From a virus (lineage: Duplodnaviria > Caudoviricetes), in the IMG/VR virus record IMGVR_UViG_3300037760_000053, positions 1 to 46,928 of that record: DNA of 46,928 bases, one strand, 5' to 3'. The position numbers and the translations under genes were made by a program. The first letter of the stretch is position 1. The number at the start of each line of letters is the position of its first letter. The notes below the pieces were generated by a model. That model was not told the DNA's origin and did no database searches. It was given only the letters and a program-made list of their open reading frames with translations. Of the stretch, positions 8,201 through 16,256 are shown one piece after another.

Positions 8201-11200
8201 GCCGCGGGCCAGCCAGCGGATCACGCGGTAGATCGGCTCGGCGGCGACCTCCTCGGCGGCCTCCGCGCGGAGCGACTCGCGCTTCGACAGCGCGTCCTTC
8301 TGGAGCGCGCCGAGCACCCTGCTCTTGGCGTTCGACAGCCAGCGCATGTCGCGCAAGCTGCGACGCTGCAGCGTGTCGGTCGCGTCGGTCGTCGCGGCGG
8401 CCGTCGCTTCTTGGTACGTCTGCCACTCGTCTTCGGTCATGCCGGCCTGCTCGGCCGACTCGAACAACGGGGCGAACGCGCGGGCCGCCTCGGTGGCCGC
8501 GATAGCCTGGTCGGACGCGACCAACCGGCCGAACACGCCGCGCACCTCGTCGGTCAGCTCGACGTTTAAATGCGTTAGCGTCTTGTAGACGTTAATGAGC
8601 CACGCGCGGAATCGGCTGAAAATGGGTGACAATTCGGAGGTCGGCGCGTTGCCCTCGAAAAGATACGCCTCGAAGCCGCGGGCGAACTGCTCGTGGTGCG
8701 GACGGCGCTGCTCGAGCGTCATGCTCTGCCACGTTTGTGGTGAGTCGACACCGAACCACGCGAGGATCTTGCTGAAGTCGTCGGCGATCGCGGGCGGCGC
8801 GTCCGGCTGCGCCACGATGTCGGCGTACACCTCGAGGAAGAAGTGGCCAGACTCGTGGAGGAACGTCGACAGGTCGGCGTTGCGGAGGAGAGCGATCGTG
8901 GCGCCGCCTTCGCCGTCGAGCTGGATCTGGCCGCGGGGCGCCGACGTTTGCCCCTGCGCCAGCTCGGTGAGGCCGGTCGCCGCAGCATCACCGATAAGGT
9001 CTTGGTTAGCGCCCGCTAATCCTTCGGGCGAAGGTTCGCGCTGCTGCTCGAACGTGGCGGCCTCCGCTTGTGGCTCGCTGCCTTCGAGTAGACCATCGGC
9101 CATGACCCACTCAGGGAGGAGGGCAGCCTTCTGCTCGGCGTACACCGTCTCTTGCTGATTCGCACGGTTCTGCTCGCCGAACGGCCCGAAGTTCACCCAG
9201 CTGTTTTGCCCGCGCGTCTCGGTCGTCATCGCGCGCGCAGCAAGCGGCGAGTACATGCGCACGTGTGAATGCCACGCGTTCTCCTCGCCGTTCGGCCCAA
9301 AACCGTTGCCTTCCTTCGCGTGCCCAAAGATGTCGTGCACAATGCGGAACACGTCGTTCGCGACGAGCTGATGATCGCCGATGCGTTCGTCGGTGGGGCG
9401 CAGCAGCGGGTGGCCGGCGCCCTCGGTCTCTGTGCCGAAACCTTGCTCGGTCGGGAACGTCCACAGGTGCCCACGGCGAATATCTTCGAACACCTGCCGC
9501 GGGCCTTCGGGATACGGATTCTGCCCCGGTGGGATGAACTCGATCGTCAGCCCGAGTTCCTTGACCACCTGATACTGCGCGAGCGTTTCGTCGATCAGCG
9601 CGTCGTACGCGACCTGCACCTCGAAATCGTCGGGGTTGTGTTGCGCTTCCTCGTACGCCTGCGCGATGCGGGCGCCCCGCTCGGGGCTCGCGCGCACGTA
9701 CCGTGTGTGTGACGGAAGATCGGGGTTGTTGACGAGAACTTCGTCGAGGTACCGTTGGGCGGCCTCCTGGATGGCCGCGAGCGGGCCGAGCGATGACTCA
9801 GGAAGTCCGCCTAGTGGGGAGCCCGGCTGGTGCTCGGGCGTTCGCCGAGCCGCTTCCGGCTGATCGTCTCTTCGCTCGCGGGTTGCGCGTTCTGATTCGA
9901 CTCGCTGCCGTCGGAGCGCGTCGAGCCGTCGGGCCGAGCGAAGGAGACCAGGCGAGACTGTCGCCGCTCCTGCACCTCGACGAGCAGGTCTTCCGCCGAA
10001 TTCCAGTTCGATTGCTTCGATCGCTTCGCCATAACCTGCACCTTCGAGAATTCCCCTAATTGTAGCATCTTGCGCGAACATCGTTGAGAAGTCGGGCGCG
10101 CGCGCGACGTGCTCATCGGTGATGGCGCCCTCCCGCACGAGCTGCTCCACGGAGCGCGTTTCGCCGGCAGCGTCGGCCAACTCTACGGCTGTCTTCGCCC
10201 AGCTCCAGACCGTCTCCTGGACCTCCGAGGGGGTCCACGTTTCGCCGGTCTCTTTCGTGAGTCGGGCGGCCACCCGTCGGATCTTCGCGTTCATCGCGGC
10301 GTAGCCGGGGCGCTTGCCGGGGCCGCGCGTCTTCGTCAGCTGACCGGCGAACAACGTCTGATCGATCAGCGCAAAATTTGCCATCCAAGTGTCGTTCGTG
10401 ACTTCGTTCACGTCGCCCGACAGGTTGCGCATGAACGAGTTGACCTTCGGCCCGCTCAACGTGATCTCGCTGGGCAGCTCGGCCGACAGCGCGCGCACCG
10501 TGTTGTTCTTCCACGCGCCGAGCGCTTGACCGGGGCGGCCGTCGTACACTGACTGGTCGAGAATATCGAGGATCGTGTCGGCGTCCGCCGGACGGCCGGC
10601 GCGGTCCCAGTTGGTCCACGCACGCACCGCGTGCGCCAGGTTCGTGTCGACCGGCACCTGGGGTGACAGGGCGGCCATCAGCGCGGCGAACCGCGGAGCG
10701 TCGGCATCTCCGAAAACTTGCCGGAGTGTCCGAACGGCAGCCGCGTACCACCCGCGCTTCGCCTCGCCCGCGAGGGCGGCCGCCATGAAGTCGGCGTCCT
10801 TCGGCAAGTCTTTGAACACCTGCACCAACTTAGCGGCGGTGTCTCGCCGCATGGCCGCCCGCTCGTCTTCCGCAAGGTGCGGCTTGATCGCGCCGAAACC
10901 TTGCGGCTCCTGCTCAGGTGCCAGCTGGAAGAGCACGCCCGCGGCGCGCTCGACGAGCTGTTCCGCTTCAGACTCGTCGACACCCTCGACGGGGATCTGC
11001 GTGAAGATGCGCGCTTGTCCTCGTAGGTTGCCCTCAGCCTCGGGCGTCGTGTAGCCGACGAAGCCCGCGTCGCGCACGCGCCGCTCGAACTCGCTGAAGT
11101 CGACCTGCGTGTTCGTCGGTATGCGGTTGCCCTGCTCGTCGAGGCGGAAGCTCGTCGCGACGCGCGATTCGTCGAGCAGGCCGGCAGGGTCCGCGCTCGC

Positions 11201-13699
11201 GTCGTACAGCTGGTCGGTCGGCACGTCGACCACGAACTCGTTCGGGCCGACGCCGCTCTCGCGCACGAAGCCCTCGTCGGGGTACAGCGCGATCGACTGC
11301 ACCGGATCGCGGGCCCGCTCGGCGCCCGGCATGCCAGTGCCCATGAAGGTGGGGTCCAGCACGTCGGTGACAACGTTCCCGAAGTGGCGAAAGCGGGTGG
11401 TGCCCGGCGCGGGCGCGGGAACGTTAGCATCCGCTAATCTGGCGGACGCAGCGGGGCGCGGCGGTTCAATGCGCGTGACGACGGCTTCACCTAGCGGGGC
11501 GGACACACCAAGCGCGGCAAGGTCTTCGCCTTGACGCTCAAAGGCATCGGCTTGCTCTAAAATGCGCTGTACCTCGACAGGGTCAGCGTACTCGATCGTC
11601 CACCCTTTGCGGCGCAACCCTTCGTACGCGCGCAACTGCTTCGCGGACACGGCGCGATCCGAAACTAGGCGCTTACCCTGCGTCTGCGCCACTTCGTATG
11701 CTTGCTGAATAAGTTGTTGCCCGATACCCTCACCGCGTTGCCCGCGGTGAACTTCGCTAAGCTTAATTTGCAGCGTGTCACCAACAACATCGGCCTCCAT
11801 CCGCGCGACTTCGCCGCCACGAATCACGAACTGCTCGCCGTCGGCGCTCTCGTCAACCTCGAACTGTTCCGGTGCCAACTGCTCCAGCCCCTCGGCGAGC
11901 GGCTCCGCGGTGACACGCAACGGGTAGCGCTTGTACATCTCCTCGGGCGTAACGCCGAGCTTCTGGGCCGTCACGATGTAGAAGTCGCGCATGAACGCGG
12001 CGTACGCGTTGTTCACGTCACCCGTGAAGCGGTTCGCGGCGGTCAGCTGCTCGCGCAGTATCGTCTCGACGCTCGTGGCGCTCTCTTGAAATGCGTCGTT
12101 CTCCTCCTGGGCGGCCATCACCTTCTCAGCTTCCGCGCGGAACTGATCGGCGGCCCCCTGCTGGAACTCTTGCGCCTCGGCCGCGCTCATCGCCTCGGGC
12201 GACGCCCGAAGGTGAGGCAGTAGAGCTTGCGCGTAATCTTCACCAGCAATACGAGCAGCAAACTCACCAACAGGAATCCTAAGATCACCACCGGTATTGC
12301 TAGCCTCAGCGTACTGCGCAGCAACAGACTTGGAGACCTCCATAGGATCGATTCCAGCTTGCTCAAGCACGTCGCCGAACGCTCTGGCATCGACGTAGAC
12401 ATCGCTCATCTCCTCTTCTTGCTCTGCAGCTTGTTGTACGAATTGTTCGAAGGTGTCGGGCGCCCGCCCGCGCAACTTCGACGCGGCGGCCGCCTGCGCC
12501 AGTTGGGCGAGCCGCTCGGCGTTAGCGTTTGCTAATTCTGCGCGCGCGTCTTGGCCCGAGAAGTAGCGGGCGGTCGCGTCGACCGCCTGCACGGTGGTCG
12601 TCTGCGCGCCGACGGCCACCAGCGTGGAAATGAGCGTCTGCGCGGCCGCGCTCGGCCGCTCGCTGAGGTAATCGGCGAACGGCCGCTCGGGATTCAGGGT
12701 GGCCCACTGATTAAGATCCTGTAGAATCGTGGCGGCCTGCTCCTGCGGGATCTCGGTGGCGACCTGCCCCAGCAGGGTGCGCATAAAGCCAGTTTGTTTC
12801 TCGAGGTCACCCAGTAACCGACCGACCGGGATCGTCTCGGTGGCATACTCGACGGCCGCCTGGCTCAACGCGAACGTGGCCGCCTGGGCGACCGGCACGT
12901 CTTCGTCGCGCGCCGTACCATACTCTTGACCAAACACGAGCCCTGACATGCCAGTCAACGTAAGCTGTGGGTTGCGCGTGAGCGCACCGCCGATCAGCAG
13001 CGGGATGTTCTGACCGAACGACTCGAAGCCGCCGTACACGCTCCGCTCGATGAACCCGGCGTCGCTCATGTCGCCGCGAATTTGCTCGGCCTGCTTCGCA
13101 GCGGCATGCCGCAAGTCGCGGTACAGCTCGGCGGCTCGCCCGGCCGGGTTGCGCACCTTGACTGGAGAGATTAGCTGGAGCGCGCGCGTGAGCGGCTCAA
13201 ACAGTAGGGCGCTTGTCTCGCTGGCCGCCTCACCAACACCATATACCCCTTCGGCAATCCTGGGGCCTAGCGCCGACGCGACCGACCGGCCGGCGCGCGC
13301 GCCGACACCGGTGGCACCACCCATGCTCGGCCGGCGGAACAGCATCTCGATCGCCTGCGCGTTATCGAGGTCGTCGTGGGCCAGCTTCGCGAACTCGGGG
13401 CGTGCCATGTGATCGCGGAGCGCGGGCAGCTCGCTGAGCATCTTGTCGTAGCGCGACAACGACGCCTGTCGCTGGACCGTGTCGAGGTTGCGCTCGACGA
13501 CCGGCGCCGGGATGTTCGTCTCGGTCGATAACTTGCGGGCCTTCGCGAATTGGTCAGGGTTTGACTGGAGCGCCTCGAAGATGCTCGAGCGCAGCATCGT
13601 GTTCCGCTGGCGCGCCAAGTCTTGCGCTGCCAGGTCGTACCTGTTCGGCTCGGGCGTCTCCGCGGAAAGCTGCGCCAGAACGTCGTCGTACTTGCTCAC
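5219..13699 (-). CDS. Giant internal virion/ejection protein, large polyvalent protein (2826 aa)
   Basis: Lies between smaller ejection genes and the tail fibre. Contains GNAT motif QRGEGIG, an ART-like segment, LSPQ/GPKVNSF/VTNDTW segment, VHDIFGH segment and STFLHESGH zincin. Confidence 0.85.
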   Translation of the reverse strand: MSKYDDVLAQLSAETPEPNRYDLAAQDLARQRNTMLRSSIFEALQSNPDQFAKARKLSTETNIPAPVVERNLDTVQRQASLSRYDKMLSELPALRDHMARPEFAKLAHDDLDNAQAIEMLFRRPSMGGATGVGARAGRSVASALGPRIAEGVYGVGEAASETSALLFEPLTRALQLISPVKVRNPAGRAAELYRDLRHAAAKQAEQIRGDMSDAGFIERSVYGGFESFGQNIPLLIGGALTRNPQLTLTGMSGLVFGQEYGTARDEDVPVAQAATFALSQAAVEYATETIPVGRLLGDLEKQTGFMRTLLGQVATEIPQEQAATILQDLNQWATLNPERPFADYLSERPSAAAQTLISTLVAVGAQTTTVQAVDATARYFSGQDARAELANANAERLAQLAQAAAASKLRGRAPDTFEQFVQQAAEQEEEMSDVYVDARAFGDVLEQAGIDPMEVSKSVAAQYAEASNTGGDLRIPVGEFAARIAGEDYAQALLPHLRASPEAMSAAEAQEFQQGAADQFRAEAEKVMAAQEENDAFQESATSVETILREQLTAANRFTGDVNNAYAAFMRDFYIVTAQKLGVTPEEMYKRYPLRVTAEPLAEGLEQLAPEQFEVDESADGEQFVIRGGEVARMEADVVGDTLQIKLSEVHRGQRGEGIGQQLIQQAYEVAQTQGKRLVSDRAVSAKQLRAYEGLRRKGWTIEYADPVEVQRILEQADAFERQGEDLAALGVSAPLGEAVVTRIEPPRPAASARLADANVPAPAPGTTRFRHFGNVVTDVLDPTFMGTGMPGAERARDPVQSIALYPDEGFVRESGVGPNEFVVDVPTDQLYDASADPAGLLDESRVATSFRLDEQGNRIPTNTQVDFSEFERRVRDAGFVGYTTPEAEGNLRGQARIFTQIPVEGVDESEAEQLVERAAGVLFQLAPEQEPQGFGAIKPHLAEDERAAMRRDTAAKLVQVFKDLPKDADFMAAALAGEAKRGWYAAAVRTLRQVFGDADAPRFAALMAALSPQVPVDTNLAHAVRAWTNWDRAGRPADADTILDILDQSVYDGRPGQALGAWKNNTVRALSAELPSEITLSGPKVNSFMRNLSGDVNEVTNDTWMANFALIDQTLFAGQLTKTRGPGKRPGYAAMNAKIRRVAARLTKETGETWTPSEVQETVWSWAKTAVELADAAGETRSVEQLVREGAITDEHVARAPDFSTMFAQDATIRGILEGAGYGEAIEAIELEFGGRPARRGAGAATVSPGLLRSARRLDALRRQRVESERATRERRDDQPEAARRTPEHQPGSPLGGLPESSLGPLAAIQEAAQRYLDEVLVNNPDLPSHTRYVRASPERGARIAQAYEEAQHNPDDFEVQVAYDALIDETLAQYQVVKELGLTIEFIPPGQNPYPEGPRQVFEDIRRGHLWTFPTEQGFGTETEGAGHPLLRPTDERIGDHQLVANDVFRIVHDIFGHAKEGNGFGPNGEENAWHSHVRMYSPLAARAMTTETRGQNSWVNFGPFGEQNRANQQETVYAEQKAALLPEWVMADGLLEGSEPQAEAATFEQQREPSPEGLAGANQDLIGDAAATGLTELAQGQTSAPRGQIQLDGEGGATIALLRNADLSTFLHESGHFFLEVYADIVAQPDAPPAIADDFSKILAWFGVDSPQTWQSMTLEQRRPHHEQFARGFEAYLFEGNAPTSELSPIFSRFRAWLINVYKTLTHLNVELTDEVRGVFGRLVASDQAIAATEAARAFAPLFESAEQAGMTEDEWQTYQEATAAATTDATDTLQRRSLRDMRWLSNAKSRVLGALQKDALSKRESLRAEAAEEVAAEPIYRVIRWLARGEMEQDGEIIKATAGHKLSVDALNEMYPEGELGALDWSALRPQLASGTGTQHPDTIAQLFGFTSGDHLVRALLAVEPRESVVEAVTDRKMLERYGDLTDFAALERAADEAVHNEARARFVATEIRALNRMLNARGRTPAGGTFNVMLKAAKDFAAITIARRRIRDVRPAQFTAAETRAAKAADRELVAGNLLEAATEKRNQLINTLAARAAFDALNEIERGLRFLKKFENEGTRKNLDGEYLEQIDSLLERFDLRKGTTARAAAKRKSLLEWVESQRELGFEPSIDETLLAEARRQPYKELTVEEFRGLIDTVKNIEHLGRLKKKLLTAVKDREFAEAVETAETSVRENARKTIPDELEHNAFGARLKEGVKEFFAMHRKFASIVRQMDGFKDGGALWELFIRPLNAAGDREAVAREQATKQLTALFRPIVKGSKLRRKLYIPEIGRSLSREGRLVIALNQGNETNRLRVMEGDRWSQPQVGAILDTLTKDDWDFVQSVWDHVDSFWPEISAKEKRVTGLTPEKVEATPVQTKFGEYRGGYYPIKYDTRRSSRAEADTLAESLRQSMQGLYTRATTRRGHTKARVESVKRPMRKDFGVLFEHVNQVIHDLSFHEYLIDATRLLSSLDGVIREHHGRLYLKQMSEALKDVARGDIPAQDSFEAGLNHIRTGATIAGLGWNMSTAALQPLGLTQSIVRVGPEWVARGLGRWLGSARGMENSVAWVRQKSSFMRLRAKTMQREINEVQNEVRGMRKLDRVQASFFWLIQQAQVAADMPTWLGAYEKAMAHETDEARAIALADQAVLDSQGGGQIKDLARIQRGGPMMKLWTNFYSFFNTTYNLAAESILKTEKKPADVGRLAVDYLLLFSIPAVLSMLVKEAFGRGDDDDEMLAKMAKAQVSYLMGTVIGARDFGGMVEGFPYRGPAGLRGLDEIARLIEQAEQREVDAAALRALNATAGILFHYPAGQVQRTVEGVVALSEGDTENPAALAAGHRD
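9811..10032 (-). CDS. Putative nested out-of-frame ORF (73 aa) inside the giant gene
   Basis: Extended -10 TGCTACAAT at 10067-10059 and AAGGTGCAGGTT before ATG. The host frame here is a low-complexity Arg/Gly linker with atypical A/T-ending codons. Confidence 0.45.
   Translation of the reverse strand: MAKRSKQSNWNSAEDLLVEVQERRQSRLVSFARPDGSTRSDGSESNQNAQPASEETISRKRLGERPSTSRAPH
12187..12402 (-). CDS. Putative nested out-of-frame membrane protein (71 aa) inside the giant gene
   Basis: GAGGAG SD 7 nt before ATG. TM segment LAIPVVILGFLLVSLLLVLLV plus basic tail. The host frame switches to T-ending codons over this stretch. Confidence 0.55.
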   Translation of the reverse strand: MSTSMPERSATCLSKLESILWRSPSLLLRSTLRLAIPVVILGFLLVSLLLVLLVKITRKLYCLTFGRRPRR

Positions 13700-15300
13700 T
13701 GCAAGTTCCCGAGTCGGTATAGCTCCACGATCGCAGCGTCGGTCGCCGGTTGTCCGATTTTCTCGAGGGCCGCCTCGATCTGCTGTCGGTCGGCCGCGGG
13801 CACCTCGGAGACGTCGAACTCGAACCGCGCGACATCGTCTGGGGCAACCTCGAACAGCCGGCGGTCTGAATCGATGAGCCCGAAGAATCCGCCACCGATG
13901 ACCTCGCCCTGGATGAGCATGCGGTCGATGACTTTCTGCCGATCGTCGAACGTAAGCTCGCGCCCAAGGACAGTCTGCTCACGATCGAGCGCCTGCTGCG
14001 CGCGCGACTCGAACTGCCCGCGTTCCTCAGGTTCCAGTTCGAGCATGCGGGCGGCCGCCCCGAGCTGCTGCGATAGCGTCGCGACATCCTTGTGCTGCTC
14101 GGGTGTCTGCAACTTCTCCTGCAGGTTGAGTAACTCGCGCCGCTGCGTCGGATGCAAGTCGGGGTAGCTCTGACGAATGTCACGCGCGACGAACGCTTCG
14201 GGCTGCGCGAACGCCTCCTGCCGCAAGTCGGTGTAAACTTCCCAGTCGGTCTGCAGCGCGTCGGCCCGCTCGGCCTGCCTCAGCGCGTGCAGCGTGCGGC
14301 CGTCGAGCTGCTCCAGTAGAGGAGTAGGTATGCTGTCGACACTGTTTGTCCGCCCAAAGATGTCCCACGCGGCGTTAGCCACGGTGCGCGCACCTTGCTC
14401 ATCGGTGGCGCGCTGTTCGCGGAACCGCTTCTCGACGCGCGCCACGACCTCGTCGCGCTCCTCGCCTTCGAATTGCTCGCGGGCGCGCTTGAGCGTCTCG
14501 GCTTCCGTTTCGCCACGGGTGAGCAGGGCGTCCGTCTCTCGCTGCGCCTTCGCGCGCAGGCCACCGACGCGCACGAGCTTCTCAAGCTCATCTTGATCGG
14601 CGCCCGCGATCTCCGACTTGTTCGCCGCGAAATACTCACGGGCGCGCTCGGGGTCTGCGTCGACCATTGGTTGCAACACTTGCTTGTGCAGGTTCGTGAG
14701 GTGCAGCGACTCCTCAGCCTCACGGCGCTCGGGAGTCCAACCGTTGAACTCGGCCTGTACCTGAATACGCTTCAGCACGTCGCTTTTAGCGCCCGCGATT
14801 GCGTCAGGGTTATCGTGCGAGGCGGCCGCCACGTTGATCGAATTGACGATCGACGAGCGGGCCGACTCCTCGAGCGACACGCGCCGCTCTTGCGCTTCGT
14901 ACTTCGCAGCGCTCTCCATACTCTGCTGCCGCAGGGTTGACACCTGCGGCTCGAACAGCGCGCGTTGTGCGTCGTTCTCTAGCCCTTCTGTGTGGCGCTT
15001 GCCGTTCTCCTCCCACCACTGTCGAACGTCACCCGTTACGCCCCACGCGTTCTGCCCGCGGCGCTCGCGCAAGCTCGTCTCAAACGCGAGGTACTCTTCT
15101 TTGAGGGCCGCCTCTGCGCGGAACAACCTGTCGGCATTCTGGCGCTCCTGCTCGCGCGCGGCGATCGCACCGAGGTCGGCGCCGGCCCGCTGGAGTGACG
15201 CGCCAAATTGTGGCAAGTCCGACTGCGCCGCGGCGACACGCACGTTAGGCAGCGCCGTCAAACGCTCTTGCGGACCCGTGTAGACCGGCACCCTAGGCAC
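13696..15300 (-). CDS. Internal virion (ejection) protein
   Basis: 534-aa helical protein with MPRVPVY start, in the ejection module. Confidence 0.7.
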   Translation of the reverse strand: MPRVPVYTGPQERLTALPNVRVAAAQSDLPQFGASLQRAGADLGAIAAREQERQNADRLFRAEAALKEEYLAFETSLRERRGQNAWGVTGDVRQWWEENGKRHTEGLENDAQRALFEPQVSTLRQQSMESAAKYEAQERRVSLEESARSSIVNSINVAAASHDNPDAIAGAKSDVLKRIQVQAEFNGWTPERREAEESLHLTNLHKQVLQPMVDADPERAREYFAANKSEIAGADQDELEKLVRVGGLRAKAQRETDALLTRGETEAETLKRAREQFEGEERDEVVARVEKRFREQRATDEQGARTVANAAWDIFGRTNSVDSIPTPLLEQLDGRTLHALRQAERADALQTDWEVYTDLRQEAFAQPEAFVARDIRQSYPDLHPTQRRELLNLQEKLQTPEQHKDVATLSQQLGAAARMLELEPEERGQFESRAQQALDREQTVLGRELTFDDRQKVIDRMLIQGEVIGGGFFGLIDSDRRLFEVAPDDVARFEFDVSEVPAADRQQIEAALEKIGQPATDAAIVELYRLGNLQ

Positions 15301-15789
15301 TTACGTCTTCCTGTTCTGTTTGTACTGGTACCAGCGATCGGCGACGGTCCCCGCGCTCGACAGCAAGCTGGAGCCGGCCGCCAACCACGGGTTGCTCGCG
15401 TCGGCCTCAGCGCGGTAGCCGGCCGCCTGCACCCGACGGCCGAACGCTTCGCGCTGGCCGCCCTGGCGGATCGTCTGGGCGTCCCCTTCGCCGAGGATCT
15501 CGGTCGCCTCGAGGATCGCCAGGGGTGAGCCTTCGGTAAGCACGACACCGCGGGCCGCCAATGCGGCCTGCTGACGCCCGCGCAGCTGTGACACGCCGCG
15601 CCGGTGGCGCTGCTCCTCGTCGCCAGCGCGGTCGAGCGCATCGCGCGCCTGCAGCTCGGCGTAGGCCGCGTTCGTCTGGGCGGCCTGCCGCTTGGCGCGC
15701 GTATTCGCGAAGGTGCCGGCGGCGTTGACGAAGGCGCCCGTCGACTGGGCCGTGAGGCCGAAGAGCGCTTGATTTTGTGGGTTGGACAT
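15301..15789 (-). CDS. Small internal virion protein (T7 gp14-like position)
   Basis: Ala/Gly/Gln-rich, G.Q.AA.AA.GV....GS pattern, synteny. Confidence 0.7.
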   Translation of the reverse strand: MSNPQNQALFGLTAQSTGAFVNAAGTFANTRAKRQAAQTNAAYAELQARDALDRAGDEEQRHRRGVSQLRGRQQAALAARGVVLTEGSPLAILEATEILGEGDAQTIRQGGQREAFGRRVQAAGYRAEADASNPWLAAGSSLLSSAGTVADRWYQYKQNRKT

Positions 15790-15793
15790 GACT

Positions 15794-16255
15794 TTAGCTC
15801 TTGCTAACCTCTCGGACCATTATATATCCGGCTGCCCGGTAGCCCAAACGCTCGTAGAGGCGGCGCGTGCGCTCAGGGTTGACCTCCGAGCTTATGCCTA
15901 GGCCAAACTCGCTCACGTCGGCATCCTCAAGGGCACGCTCCCACTCGCGCAACAATCGCACGGCCGCGCTTGAGCCGCGGTGTGATTGTTTCACGTAGAG
16001 GATCAGGTCACACGCATACCGCTCATTCGAGAAGAAGTGTTCAACGACCATGCCGGCAAACACGCCGATAGCTTTTGACCTATATTCCGCGATTAAAATT
16101 ATAGCGTATGGGTTATCAAGCAGCGCGCGAGCGGTGTCTTCGACCTTCGACGGGGCATACTCGAGGCGCGCGTAACGCGGGCTCTCGGCGTGCGCCTCAC
16201 GGCCCAACTCGACGAGCGCGCCGACATCCTCGTGTGTTGCGAACCTAACCTCCAC
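15794..16255 (-). CDS. GNAT-family acetyltransferase (T7 gp13-like position)
   Basis: LYVKQSHRGSSAA motif A and RLYERLGY motif B. Confidence 0.8.
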   Translation of the reverse strand: MEVRFATHEDVGALVELGREAHAESPRYARLEYAPSKVEDTARALLDNPYAIILIAEYRSKAIGVFAGMVVEHFFSNERYACDLILYVKQSHRGSSAAVRLLREWERALEDADVSEFGLGISSEVNPERTRRLYERLGYRAAGYIMVREVSKS

Positions 16256-16256
16256 C

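Noticed and set aside
11440-11800. Third nested ORF in the lower-GC GNAT segment
   Set aside because: The +1 frame after GGAGG-ATG closes after about 40 codons and the SD spacing is too short. The GC dip is better explained by recent domain acquisition.
5216-12223. Long plus-strand ORFs opposite the giant gene (e.g. 6738-8006, 7070-8569)
   Set aside because: Typical antisense shadow ORFs of GC-rich coding DNA, with no SD or motifs.
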